Position numbers and translations under genes: made by a program | Notes under the pieces: model-generated | Told to the model about the DNA's origin: nothing | Database searches by the model: none | The model's input: only the letters and a program-made list of their open reading frames with translations | Source: an uncultured Chloroflexia bacterium | GTDB lineage: Bacteria > Chloroflexota > Limnocylindria > Limnocylindrales > CSP1-4 | Length of the DNA: 64,000 bases | NCBI GenBank assembly: GCA_963783055.1 | Contig: CAWAMB010000004.1 | Location: 40,442-104,441, forward strand | Direction of reading: 5' to 3' | Shown: positions 37,179 to 45,790 of the stretch, piece after piece | How the letters are laid out: each line of letters starts with the position of its first letter | Numbering within the stretch: position 1 is the stretch's first letter

Positions 37179-37637
37179 TCAACGGCGGAGGCGGGACCAG
37201 GCTGCGGCGATCAGGCCGAACCGCAGGAGCGCCAGGGCGGGCGGGATAGGCAGGGCGTATCCGTACCAGAAGAGTGCCTCGATCGGGATCATGGCGACGG
37301 CAAGCACGGCTCCAGAGCGGCGTCCCCGCCACATCAACCACCCGCCCCACGCGACCGCTGCGGTGACACCCGCGTATCCGACGAGCGTCGCGGTGAACGC
37401 TTCGGGACTCAACGGGCCCCACCACGGGCCGCCATACATCGGGAACAGGTCGCCGAGCCACGGCAGTGCCCGTTCACGGAGTGCATAGGCCGCGATCGGC
37501 AACGCGGGCAGCCCGAATCCGGCCGCGTACACCCAGCACACCACCGCGGCACCACGCGCGGCACCGGGGACCGCCGCCGTCGCGGTCACGCGGTCCGCAG
37601 CCCCAGGGCCATCCCGATCCACATGAACACCGGTCAT
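37179..37637 (-). CDS. hypothetical integral membrane protein
   Basis: 152-aa hydrophobic ORF with a 4-nt overlap with the upstream SRPBCC gene. Confidence 0.5.
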   Translation of the reverse strand: MTGVHVDRDGPGAADRVTATAAVPGAARGAAVVCWVYAAGFGLPALPIAAYALRERALPWLGDLFPMYGGPWWGPLSPEAFTATLVGYAGVTAAVAWGGWLMWRGRRSGAVLAVAMIPIEALFWYGYALPIPPALALLRFGLIAAAWSRLRR

Positions 37638-38089
37638 GTCCTGGCCGACGCCTCCGCTTCCAGCAGGGCCCGTAGCACCAGATCATCCCGTTCGACGTCG
37701 CGGCGCAGGACCCGTCCCATGAACGGCTCGATGAGCCGACCCAGTCCGGAGAAGCGGAGTTGAACGCGACTGGTCAACGCGCTGGTGGAGGCGCTGGTCG
37801 GCTCGACGAGGTAGGACGCCTCTCCGGTCGCTCCGCCCCCGGGCGGGATGTCGAAGGCGACGAAGCGACCGGGCTCGAACGCGACGAACTTGTTCCGCGA
37901 CTCGATCCGCCGACCGGCGAACCGGCGAACGAAGGTGTGCTCTGACCCGATCCGGATCGGACCCGGTGTCAGGCGATGGACCTCGTCGAGCCCGGACTGC
38001 CAGCGCGGCGCGTTCGTCTGGTCGCTGACGAACGCAAACACGTCGGCGGCCGGCCGCCCGATCTCGATCCGTGTCTCCACGCTGATCAT
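37634..38089 (-). CDS. SRPBCC (polyketide cyclase/dehydrase-like) family protein
   Basis: MISVETRIEIGRPAADVFAFVSDQTNAPRWQSGL... Confidence 0.75.
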   Translation of the reverse strand: MISVETRIEIGRPAADVFAFVSDQTNAPRWQSGLDEVHRLTPGPIRIGSEHTFVRRFAGRRIESRNKFVAFEPGRFVAFDIPPGGGATGEASYLVEPTSASTSALTSRVQLRFSGLGRLIEPFMGRVLRRDVERDDLVLRALLEAEASART

Positions 38090-38117
38090 CCGTGAGCCCC
38101 TCCTAAGTGACTGGCGG

Positions 38118-38143
38118 TCTCACTAGTGTGCACTCTAGTGAGA
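38118..38143. promoter_or_regulatory. inverted-repeat operator in the divergent SRPBCC/TetR intergenic region
   Basis: TCTCACTAG-8 nt-CTAGTGAGA with 9-bp perfect arms. A TAGTAT -10-like box lies at 38151-38156. Confidence 0.55.
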
Positions 38144-38187
38144 GGTCGGATAGTATCGCCGTCGCGACGGATGTCAAGAGGTTCCGC

Positions 38188-38850
38188 ATGCCCAGCCTGA
38201 CCCGACGGGAGCGGTCCCGCGCCACCCACTGGAAGATCGTCGAGGCGTCGCACCGCCTGTTCTCGACCCAGGGCTATGCCGCCACGACGATGGCGCAGGT
38301 CGCCGAGGCTGCCGGCGTCGCCGTCCAGACGGTCTATTTCGTGTTCCACACAAAGCCGGCCCTGCTCGCTCGGGCCATCGACTTCGCCGTGATGGGCCGG
38401 GATGACCCGCGTCCTCCTGAGGAGCAGCCGTGGTACCTGGCGATGACCGATGCCTCGGGGATCGCTGAGGCGGTTCGCCACCTGGTGACCGGTGTCGGCT
38501 CGATCATGCCAAGGGTGATCCCGCTCAATCTCGCGGCGCGGGCGAGCGACGATCCCGACCTGGCCAGGGTCATGGCGGAATCCGAGGCCTGGCGGGCCGA
38601 TGGCTACCGGGTCATCCTCGAGATCCTCCGGAAGAAGGCACCGCTGCGCGATGGGCTCGATCCGGAGAGAGCAGCGCACCTGCTGCTCTTCTACGTTGGC
38701 GAGGACGCCTACCACGTCCTCGTCGGGACGTACGGTTGGCCGCACGACGACTGGGTGGATTGGTGCGTCGCTACGCTCCTGGATCAGGTATTCGGTCTGG
38801 CCACGCCATCCGAAGGCGTCCTCTCGGGCACTCGGCCGACGAACCACTGA
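38188..38850 (+). CDS. TetR-family transcriptional regulator
   Basis: ATG 38188. ..RATHWKIVEASHRLFSTQGYAATTMAQVAEAAGVAVQTVYFVFHTKPALL... Confidence 0.85.
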   Translation: MPSLTRRERSRATHWKIVEASHRLFSTQGYAATTMAQVAEAAGVAVQTVYFVFHTKPALLARAIDFAVMGRDDPRPPEEQPWYLAMTDASGIAEAVRHLVTGVGSIMPRVIPLNLAARASDDPDLARVMAESEAWRADGYRVILEILRKKAPLRDGLDPERAAHLLLFYVGEDAYHVLVGTYGWPHDDWVDWCVATLLDQVFGLATPSEGVLSGTRPTNH

Positions 38851-38853
38851 CGG

Positions 38854-38888
38854 TCGCCGGCCCCGAGATCGTGGGTGTCCGACTGACC
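38854..38888 (+). repeat. partial copy (A) of the tRNA-Arg downstream flank
   Basis: 30/35 identical to 45688-45722 (TCGCCGGCCCCGAGAT..TGGG.GT.CG.CTGACC), in direct orientation. Confidence 0.7.
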
Positions 38889-38926
38889 GCCTGCGCTGAC
38901 CCTGCGGAAGGGTCCACACTGACCCC

Positions 38927-39739
38927 GTGAGGGCTTCCGTGCTGTCGAAGGTTCCCAGGCCATTGGCGCGGGCGATCAACGCGCGCCTTCGCACCAGGCA
39001 GGAAGTCCTTCGCGATCACAAGCTGATCCGAATGCTCGAGATCGGCACAAAGCACTGCAAGCCGCGAGCGATCGATGTGATCTTCGAGATCGGCGCCAAT
39101 CACGGACAGGATGCCGAGCTCTTGCGCGAGTACTACGACGTGCGCCCCGAGCATGTGTTCGTGTTCGAGCCCCATCCCGACCTTGCCGCCGAGATCTCGC
39201 GACGCTTTCCCGCGTTCAACCTGTTTCGCTGTGCGCTGTCCGATCGGCCGGGCCGCGGCACGTTCAACATCGCGCCCGTTGGCTCGCGCAATGACGGCGT
39301 GTCCACACTTGGGGAACGCGTGCTCGTGAAAGGCGATGAAGCCTTCCGGCCGGTCGAAGTCGACATCGACACGCTCGATCACGTGATGGAGCAGCTGCCG
39401 TACGTCTCGATGATCGATCTGCTGAAGATCGACGTCGAAGGCTTCAGTCTCGAAGTCATCGACGGCGCCACGCACACGCTCTCCGAACGAGTCGCGGTGC
39501 TCCAGCTCGAGTGCGAGGTCGTCGAGGTCTTCAAGGGTCAGAAGCTGTACCCGGAAGTCGCCGACCGGCTGCGGAAGCTCGGGTTCCTCGAGACCTACAA
39601 GGAGCAGCACGTCACCCAGAACGACACGGTCTGGGTGCACGAACGCTTCTGGCGGAAGCCCGAGGAGTTCTATACGTCAGGCGTCCCTGCGCGGCAGGAC
39701 GACCGAGGCCCGACGCCGCCCACGGGATCGACCGGCTGA
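38927..39739 (+). CDS. FkbM-family methyltransferase
   Basis: 270 aa: ..VIFEIGANHGQDAE..VFVFEPHP..DTLDHVM..IDLLKIDVEGFSLEVIDGA... The gene is visibly less GC-rich than its neighbours. Confidence 0.8.
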   Translation: MRASVLSKVPRPLARAINARLRTRQEVLRDHKLIRMLEIGTKHCKPRAIDVIFEIGANHGQDAELLREYYDVRPEHVFVFEPHPDLAAEISRRFPAFNLFRCALSDRPGRGTFNIAPVGSRNDGVSTLGERVLVKGDEAFRPVEVDIDTLDHVMEQLPYVSMIDLLKIDVEGFSLEVIDGATHTLSERVAVLQLECEVVEVFKGQKLYPEVADRLRKLGFLETYKEQHVTQNDTVWVHERFWRKPEEFYTSGVPARQDDRGPTPPTGSTG

Positions 39740-39877
39740 CGCGCGCCGAAGCGGTGCGGACGGCCCTGGCCGGAACGCCGATCGCGATCGGCCGGCCCGG
39801 AATTCGAGCCGCTTCTGAGATCACCATCAGCGAACTCACATGGTCCAACGGCAACCATCCCGGCCACATGGCTCCAG

Positions 39878-39983
39878 CTATGGGAGGTTGGAGGACGATC
39901 GTGGCGATCAGGCTGACGCCGGCGGCGCCCACGGCCTAGCAGTCGCGCTGCCCGCAAAGGGTTGAACTGGCGCGCCCGACAGG
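39878..39983 (+). repeat. degenerate copy (C) of the tRNA-Arg flank ending in a perfect 16-bp copy of the tRNA 3' end
   Basis: 39968-39983 TGGCGCGCCCGACAGG equals 45775-45790. The upstream ~90 bp share the blocks GGCTGAC, GGCGGC, CCCACGG and TGCCCG with 45699-45774. Confidence 0.75.
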
Positions 39984-40030
39984 TGTTGGGCGCGCGGCTG
40001 CAACCTTGACCATCCCGATCGAGAGGCGGG

Positions 40031-40360
40031 ATGAGTGGTTGGCGGCAGCGAGGCGGGAGGCATGACGACCACCGCCTACGGGGCGACCTGCCGCAGCACG
40101 CGACGCGGCGCCAGCTGGACGTGCTGGCGGCCTACGAAGAAGCCGGGGGATCGGTGCCGAGGGCGGCTGCGCGCGCGGGCGTCCGGCCGAGCACCGCGAA
40201 GCGCCACCTCGCCGATCTGCGCGCGCGAACCGGGCTGACGACCGAGCAACTCATCTACGTTGGCCGCGCCGCGGGCTGGCTGGTCATCGACGCCTATGAA
40301 CACAGCTCAATCCCGGGTCGGGCGGCGGCTCGAGCATCGGACCGCCCGCCTGGTGAATGA
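40031..40360 (+). CDS. small LuxR/GerE-type HTH protein
   Basis: ..TRRQLDVLAAYEEAGGSVPRAAARAGVRPSTAKRHLADLRARTGLTTEQLIYVGRAAGWL matches the LuxR C-terminal HTH pattern. Confidence 0.5.
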   Translation: MSGWRQRGGRHDDHRLRGDLPQHATRRQLDVLAAYEEAGGSVPRAAARAGVRPSTAKRHLADLRARTGLTTEQLIYVGRAAGWLVIDAYEHSSIPGRAAARASDRPPGE

Positions 40361-40486
40361 GGTCCTCGTGGCCAACACCTCCTACCCGCGATACACCATG
40401 GAGCCGTGGGTCCGCGATCGTCTCGCCGAGCGATACGGACAACGGTTGTCGCCGACGGAACGCGGAAGGGCGCTGGGTACAGCCAT

Positions 40487-43400
40487 CTACGGAGCGCTGC
40501 CGACCTTGACGGCGCTCACGAGGTGGCGGTCGGTGAGCCCGCCGGTGCCGGCGGAGAAGCCGACGAGGACGTTGGCCGGCAGGCTGACCGCGGTGTCGAG
40601 GACCTGGACCCCGGCGACCTTGACCTGGAGGCGACCGCCCACGACGGCGACCTCGACCTGGCGGGGCCCGCCGTTGTGGAGGGTCGGGATGGCCGTGCTG
40701 GTCGAGAGGTAGTGGAGGGCGTTCGCGGTGCCGGAGTCGGCGATGCCCGCGAAGTTGGCCGACGGGTCGCCGATGCCCGAGTCGTACGTGTCGAGGGCGA
40801 CCGCGTAGCCGGCCAGGCCGCCGAACCCCAGGCCCGAGCCGGTCGCGCCGAGGGCTCCCCCGCCGGCCGCCGGGTTGAGCAGCAGCAGGGCCATCCCGTC
40901 GGCGCCCGTGCCGGTGCCGATGTCGGCGGTGAAGCAGACGCGCAGGGCGGCGCTGGCCTGGGCGGTCGTGTAGATGACGCTGCCGGCCTGGTTCGTGGTC
41001 GCGGGGGTCAACTGGACCGCCGTGCCCGAGACCGTGGCCGAGCCGTTGCGCTGCCAGCCGGCGGCGGTCACCGCGGGCAGCGTGTCGGGACAGCTCGACG
41101 AAGGGGCGACGCCGGACCCGGACAGGGGCACGGTGATCGCGCCCTGGCCGGTGTTGGGCGTCACGACGAGGCTGCCTGACGCCGCCCCGACCGCGGTCGG
41201 TGCGAAGCGGACCACCTGGGTCACCGAGCCGCCGGCCGGGATGACCGTGCCGGTCGTGAGGACCGGGGCGACGGCGCTGAAGGGCGCGGCCGGGAGGGTC
41301 ACCGCCGAGAGGGTCAGGCTGCTCGCGCCGGTGTTGGAGAGGACGACGTTGGCGGTGGTGCTGGTGCCGGTCGTGAGCGAGCCGAAGGCGACACTCGTGG
41401 GGGCAACGGCGAGGAACGCCGGCGCGGGGGCGGCGGCGCTGCCGACCTTGACGGCGCTCACGAGGTGGCGGTCGGTGAGCCCGCCGGTGCCGGCGGAGAA
41501 GCCGACGAGGACGTTGGCCGGCAGGCTGACCGCGGTGTCGAGGACCTGGACCCCGGCGACCTTGACCTGGAGGCGACCGCCCACGACGGCGACCTCGACC
41601 TGGCGGGGCCCGCCGTTGTGGAGGGTCGGGATGGCCGTGCTGGTCGAGAGGTAGTGGAGGGCGTTCGCGGTGCCGGAGTCGGCGATGCCCGCGAAGTTGG
41701 CCGACGGGTCGCCGATGCCCGAGTCGTACGTGTCGAGGGCGACCGCGTAGCCGGCCAGGCCGCCGAACCCCAGGCCCGAGCCGGTCGCGCCGAGGGCTCC
41801 CCCGCCGGCCGCCGGGTTGAGCAGCAGCAGGGCCATCCCGTCGGCGCCCGTGCCGGTGCCGATGTCGGCGGTGAAGCAGACGCGCAGGGCGGCGCTGGCC
41901 TGGGCGGTCGTGTAGATGACGCTGCCGGCCTGGTTCGTGGTCGCGGGGGTCAACTGGACCGCCGTGCCCGAGACCGTGGCCGAGCCGTTGCGCTGCCAGC
42001 CGGCGGCGGTCACCGCGGGCAGCGTGTCGGGACAGCTCGACGAAGGGGCGACGCCGGACCCGGACAGGGGCACGGTGATCGCGCCCTGGCCGGTGTTGGG
42101 CGTCACGACGAGGCTGCCTGACGCCGCCCCGACCGCGGTCGGTGCGAAGCGGACCACCTGGGTCACCGAGCCGCCGGCCGGGATGACCGTGCCGGTCGTG
42201 AGGACCGGGGCGACGGCGCTGAAGGGCGCGGCCGGGAGGGTCACCGCCGAGAGGGTCAGGCTGCTCGCGCCGGTGTTGGAGAGGACGACGTTGGCGGTGG
42301 TGCTGGTGCCGGTCGTGAGCGAGCCGAAGGCGACACTCGTGGGGGCAACGGCGAGGAACGCCGGCGCGGGGGCGGCGGCGCTGCCGACCTTGACGGCGCT
42401 CACGAGGTGGCGGTCGGTGAGCCCGCCGGTGCCGGCGGAGAAGCCGACGAGGACGTTGGCCGGCAGGCTGACCGCGGTGTCGAGGACCTGGACCCCGGCG
42501 ACCTTGACCTGGAGGCGACCGCCCACGACGGCGACCTCGACCTGGCGGGGCCCGCCGTTGTGGAGGGTCGGGATGGCCGTGCTGGTCGAGAGGTAGTGGA
42601 GGGCGTTCGCGGTGCCGGAGTCGGCGATGCCCGCGAAGTTGGCCGACGGGTCGCCGATGCCCGAGTCGTACGTGTCGAGGGCGACCGCGTAGCCGGCCAG
42701 GCCGCCGAACCCCAGGCCCGAGCCGGTCGCGCCGAGGGCTCCCCCGCCGGCCGCCGGGTTGAGCAGCAGCAGGGCCATCCCGTCGGCGCCCGTGCCGGTG
42801 CCGATGTCGGCGGTGAAGCAGACGCGCAGGGCGGCGCTGGCCTGGGCGGTCGTGTAGATGACGCTGCCGGCCTGGTTCGTGGTCGCGGGGGTCAACTGGA
42901 CCGCCGTGCCCGAGACCGTGGCCGAGCCGTTGCGCTGCCAGCCGGCGGCGGTCACCGCGGGCAGCGTGTCGGGACAGCTCGACGGGTTTGTCGGCACGAA
43001 GGTGGCCGTGTACGTCGCGGCCGTCGCGGGCGCGCTGATCGTGTGGGATCGCGTCCCGCCATCCGACCACGACGAGAACGTGTACGAGGTCCCCCCACCC
43101 GTCACCTGGGGAGAATCGACGGAGATCGAGTTGCTCGAGCCGACGATGAACGTCTTCGTGAACGGTGTCGCTTGCGCGTTGGCGCCACCGACGATCACGC
43201 TGAGCCCGGCGGGATTCGTTCCGAAGGTGAGGTCGACCGTCTTCGGGTCGATCCTCGTCGAGGCCGTCGCGGTGGCGCCCGACGAATCCGCGACCGTGGC
43301 CTTCAGCTCGAGGTACGACGGGTACTCGTGGTCTGGCGCATCAAAGGCCCCGGATGCCGTGTCCGGGAAGCTCGTGATGGTGTGGGTATGACAGATCGCC

Positions 43401-45322
43401 CCCTGGCAGTGATGGAGGATGAGGTCCCAGTCGATCTGGCTGGAGATGTTGCCGTCCTGCGGGTCGGTGGCCGTCCCGGAGAAGGTGATGTGCTCCCCGA
43501 CCGACCACTCGAGCGACGCCTGCGGCGCGTCGATCGTGATCCCGGGCAGGTTGTTATCGACCTGGATGAGCACGGAATCCGTGTCGGTCTCGCCGCCCGG
43601 GTCCGTGACCCGGAGTCGCGCCCGCTTCTGCCCGGTCGTCTGGTACGTGAATGAGGCCGTGGAGTCCGTTCCATCGTCGAACGAGCCGTCGTCGTCCAGG
43701 TCCCACGCGTAGGTGAGCGGATGGCCCTCGGGGTCCGTCGAGCCCTGGCTGTCGAACGAGACGGTCAGGGGCGTAGGCCCACTCAGCGGGCTGGCCGCCA
43801 TGCTCGCGGTCGGGGGGAGGTTGACGGTGTAGCGGATGCGTCGGATGCCACCGAGGAAGTCCACGTAGTAGAGCGCGCCGTCGGGTCCCATCTTGAGGCC
43901 GATCGGGTTCGGGGCCGCCGGCTGGAATGCCTGGATGGTGGCGGCATCGGGCACGCCGTTCGAGCCGGCCAGCATCACCCAGATGCAGTTCCGCGAGTAG
44001 TCCGCCCCGAACAGCGCGTCTTGATAGACCGCCGGGAACGCCGTGCCGGTGTAGAAGGCAAGGCCCGTGATCGAGGAGCTGACCGGCGCCGGTGGAGCGG
44101 CCGGCGGGCAGTCGTCGGGCGGCGCGATGTCGAGCGAGTGACTGTAGGTGAAGAACGGCGAGCGCACGGCATTCGACTGACCGTAGAGCGTCTCGCAGAT
44201 GTCGAGATCCAGCGAGTCGTAGCCGGGCTGTCGATCCGTTCCCTCGTAGCACGGCCAGCCGAAGTTCACGACACTGGCCGGGGTCGAATCGGTGATCCGA
44301 TCGACCTCTTCCCAGTTGTTCCAGCCGACGTCGCCGGCCCAGATCTCGTCGGTGCCCGGCCGGAACGTGAACCGGAAGGGGTTGCGGAGGCCTTCGGCGA
44401 TGATCCGGCGGGCGTTGGCATCGGCGTTGCCGAACAAGGGGTTGCCGGACAGCCCGGCGCCGGTGGCTGGGTCGACCCGGAGGATCGCGCCGTCGAGCGT
44501 GACCGGGTCGCCGCTGGTGCGAAGGTCCTGCGATCGGAGTGCCCCGCCGGCGGCCGTCGGCGGAGTCTGCGTCCCTCCGACTCCGCCCGGGGGATCGCCG
44601 CAGGGGTTCAGCGGGCTGCCCTTCTGGCCGTAGTCGGCGACGTTGAAGTCGGCGCCGTCACCGCCGCTGACATAGAGGGCGCCGTCGGGACCGAACTCCA
44701 GGTCGCCGATCGAGTGGCTTGGGTACTGCTGGCACCAGTCCTCGATCAGCACGGTCTCGCCGGTCGACACGTTGCCGCTCGCGGTGAGACGCGAGACACG
44801 ACTGGAAACCACGCACCCATTGGCCGTGGCGCCGGGCGGCGTCGGACAGCCATCGGACGTCTGGTCGGCGGTCCCCCAGCGCGGCGCCGTGCCGCCGATC
44901 GCGGCGTCGAACGTGTAGGCGACGTAGACGTACGGCGTCGCCGGAAAGTTCGGGTCGAGGGCCAGCCCGAGCAGGCCCCGGTCCCAGAAGTTGTGGACCT
45001 GGGTGCGGAGATCCGCAAACACGGTCGGCGTCGTGTCCGAGAGGTTGTCGAAGACAAGCACGCGGCCACTCTTTTCGGTGACGAAGACGCGGCCGTCCGA
45101 GGCGAACTCGAGGTTGGTGGGGTTGGTCAGTCCGCTGAAGACGCTCTCGTCGACGAAGTTGGAAGGCAGGGGTGCCTGGGCTGCCATACCGGCTTCACGC
45201 GCGGGCGTGACCTCTGTCGCCAGCGAGGCCGGCGCAAGCGGGGCGAGAGCCACCAAGGCGAGTGCGAGCGCGATGGCCGGCGACGCCCCACGCCTGCGCA
45301 TGGTTGACCCGCTGTCGGGCAT
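40487..45322 (-). CDS. secreted multidomain protein: PQQ-dependent sugar dehydrogenase-like beta-propeller, PKD, a beta-rich module and three lectin (ConA-like) modules with Ig-like spacers
   Basis: Single intact frame.
- Signal peptide: MRRRGASPAIALALALVALAPLAPASLA; start at 45322 or 45301.
- Propeller motifs: NLEFASDGRVFVTEKSGRV, RGLLGLALDPNF, GDLEFGPDGALYVSGGDG, LRNPFRFTFRP, NFGWPCYEG.
- PKD: LTVSFDSQGSTDPEG..YAWDLDDDG.
- Lectin-like units: GADGMALLLLN..GSGLGFGGLAGYAVALDTYDSG. Confidence 0.9.
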   Translation of the reverse strand: MPDSGSTMRRRGASPAIALALALVALAPLAPASLATEVTPAREAGMAAQAPLPSNFVDESVFSGLTNPTNLEFASDGRVFVTEKSGRVLVFDNLSDTTPTVFADLRTQVHNFWDRGLLGLALDPNFPATPYVYVAYTFDAAIGGTAPRWGTADQTSDGCPTPPGATANGCVVSSRVSRLTASGNVSTGETVLIEDWCQQYPSHSIGDLEFGPDGALYVSGGDGADFNVADYGQKGSPLNPCGDPPGGVGGTQTPPTAAGGALRSQDLRTSGDPVTLDGAILRVDPATGAGLSGNPLFGNADANARRIIAEGLRNPFRFTFRPGTDEIWAGDVGWNNWEEVDRITDSTPASVVNFGWPCYEGTDRQPGYDSLDLDICETLYGQSNAVRSPFFTYSHSLDIAPPDDCPPAAPPAPVSSSITGLAFYTGTAFPAVYQDALFGADYSRNCIWVMLAGSNGVPDAATIQAFQPAAPNPIGLKMGPDGALYYVDFLGGIRRIRYTVNLPPTASMAASPLSGPTPLTVSFDSQGSTDPEGHPLTYAWDLDDDGSFDDGTDSTASFTYQTTGQKRARLRVTDPGGETDTDSVLIQVDNNLPGITIDAPQASLEWSVGEHITFSGTATDPQDGNISSQIDWDLILHHCQGAICHTHTITSFPDTASGAFDAPDHEYPSYLELKATVADSSGATATASTRIDPKTVDLTFGTNPAGLSVIVGGANAQATPFTKTFIVGSSNSISVDSPQVTGGGTSYTFSSWSDGGTRSHTISAPATAATYTATFVPTNPSSCPDTLPAVTAAGWQRNGSATVSGTAVQLTPATTNQAGSVIYTTAQASAALRVCFTADIGTGTGADGMALLLLNPAAGGGALGATGSGLGFGGLAGYAVALDTYDSGIGDPSANFAGIADSGTANALHYLSTSTAIPTLHNGGPRQVEVAVVGGRLQVKVAGVQVLDTAVSLPANVLVGFSAGTGGLTDRHLVSAVKVGSAAAPAPAFLAVAPTSVAFGSLTTGTSTTANVVLSNTGASSLTLSAVTLPAAPFSAVAPVLTTGTVIPAGGSVTQVVRFAPTAVGAASGSLVVTPNTGQGAITVPLSGSGVAPSSSCPDTLPAVTAAGWQRNGSATVSGTAVQLTPATTNQAGSVIYTTAQASAALRVCFTADIGTGTGADGMALLLLNPAAGGGALGATGSGLGFGGLAGYAVALDTYDSGIGDPSANFAGIADSGTANALHYLSTSTAIPTLHNGGPRQVEVAVVGGRLQVKVAGVQVLDTAVSLPANVLVGFSAGTGGLTDRHLVSAVKVGSAAAPAPAFLAVAPTSVAFGSLTTGTSTTANVVLSNTGASSLTLSAVTLPAAPFSAVAPVLTTGTVIPAGGSVTQVVRFAPTAVGAASGSLVVTPNTGQGAITVPLSGSGVAPSSSCPDTLPAVTAAGWQRNGSATVSGTAVQLTPATTNQAGSVIYTTAQASAALRVCFTADIGTGTGADGMALLLLNPAAGGGALGATGSGLGFGGLAGYAVALDTYDSGIGDPSANFAGIADSGTANALHYLSTSTAIPTLHNGGPRQVEVAVVGGRLQVKVAGVQVLDTAVSLPANVLVGFSAGTGGLTDRHLVSAVKVGSAP
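40494..42984. repeat. perfect tandem repeat, 942-bp unit x 2.64
   Basis: Units 40494-41435, 41436-42377 and 42378-42984. Compared line by line, I found no mismatches. Plus-strand ORFs 40974-41654 and 41916-42596 translate identically. Confidence 0.95.
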
Positions 45323-45687
45323 CGCCGTGTGCCGTCCCCTTCCTCGACGGGAGCCCCCAGCACCATCCGGCGCATGACCCGGCCCGAGGCCGCAGTATGA
45401 CCCATCCGAAGTGCACCGGAGTGTCAATTTCCGATGCTGATGCGCGTGGGCACCGGGAAACACGTGGCATCGACGCTTCGCCCGAGCGGACCGATCGTCG
45501 CGGTGCTTCCGTAGCCGGCGCCCGCTCGCCGCGCCACCGCTGCGTGGGCCTTTCGCATTCGACGGTAAGGCACCACTTGCAGAGCGTGCGCACGAGTGGC
45601 TCCGCGCCCCGGGCGAGTCGCTCGAAGCGCCCGAGAAGTCGAAGGAGAATGCAGACGTGCTCCACGCCATCTACGACCGAATCACGC

Positions 45688-45790
45688 TCGCCGGCCCCGA
45701 GATTTTGGGAGTTCGGCTGACCCAGGCGGCCTACGCCCACGGATTCGCGCTAGCAATGCCCGAGAAGGTGGTTATGGCGCGCCCGACAGG
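45688..45790 (+). repeat. reference copy (B) of the flank repeat, contiguous with the tRNA-Arg 3' end
   Basis: See copies A and C. It includes the 16-bp core at 45775-45790. Confidence 0.7.

Larger units (their letters stand above)
39968..45790. mobile_element. integrase-less islet bounded by a 16-bp direct repeat of the tRNA-Arg(CCG) 3' end
   Basis: Direct repeats lie at 39968-39983 and 45775-45790. The cargo is a LuxR-type HTH gene and the 1611-aa secreted protein. No recombinase is present. Confidence 0.5.

Noticed and set aside
40260-40712. Plus-strand ORF containing MEPWVRDRLAERYGQRLSPTERGRALGTAIYG just downstream of the LuxR-like gene.
   Set aside because: Only ~32 codons lie outside the giant gene, and the remainder is antisense to the lectin repeat. 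It may be a gene remnant but it is not supportable as a CDS.
40284-43070. 928-aa minus-strand ORF and repeated plus-strand ORFs (40974-41654, 41916-42596, 41465-42121, 42407-43654) inside the tandem array.
   Set aside because: These are alternative frames of the 942-bp repeat. Their internal repetition only mirrors the DNA repeat, and their composition is Arg/Gly/Pro-rich. The lectin-encoding frame of 40487-45322 is the coherent one.
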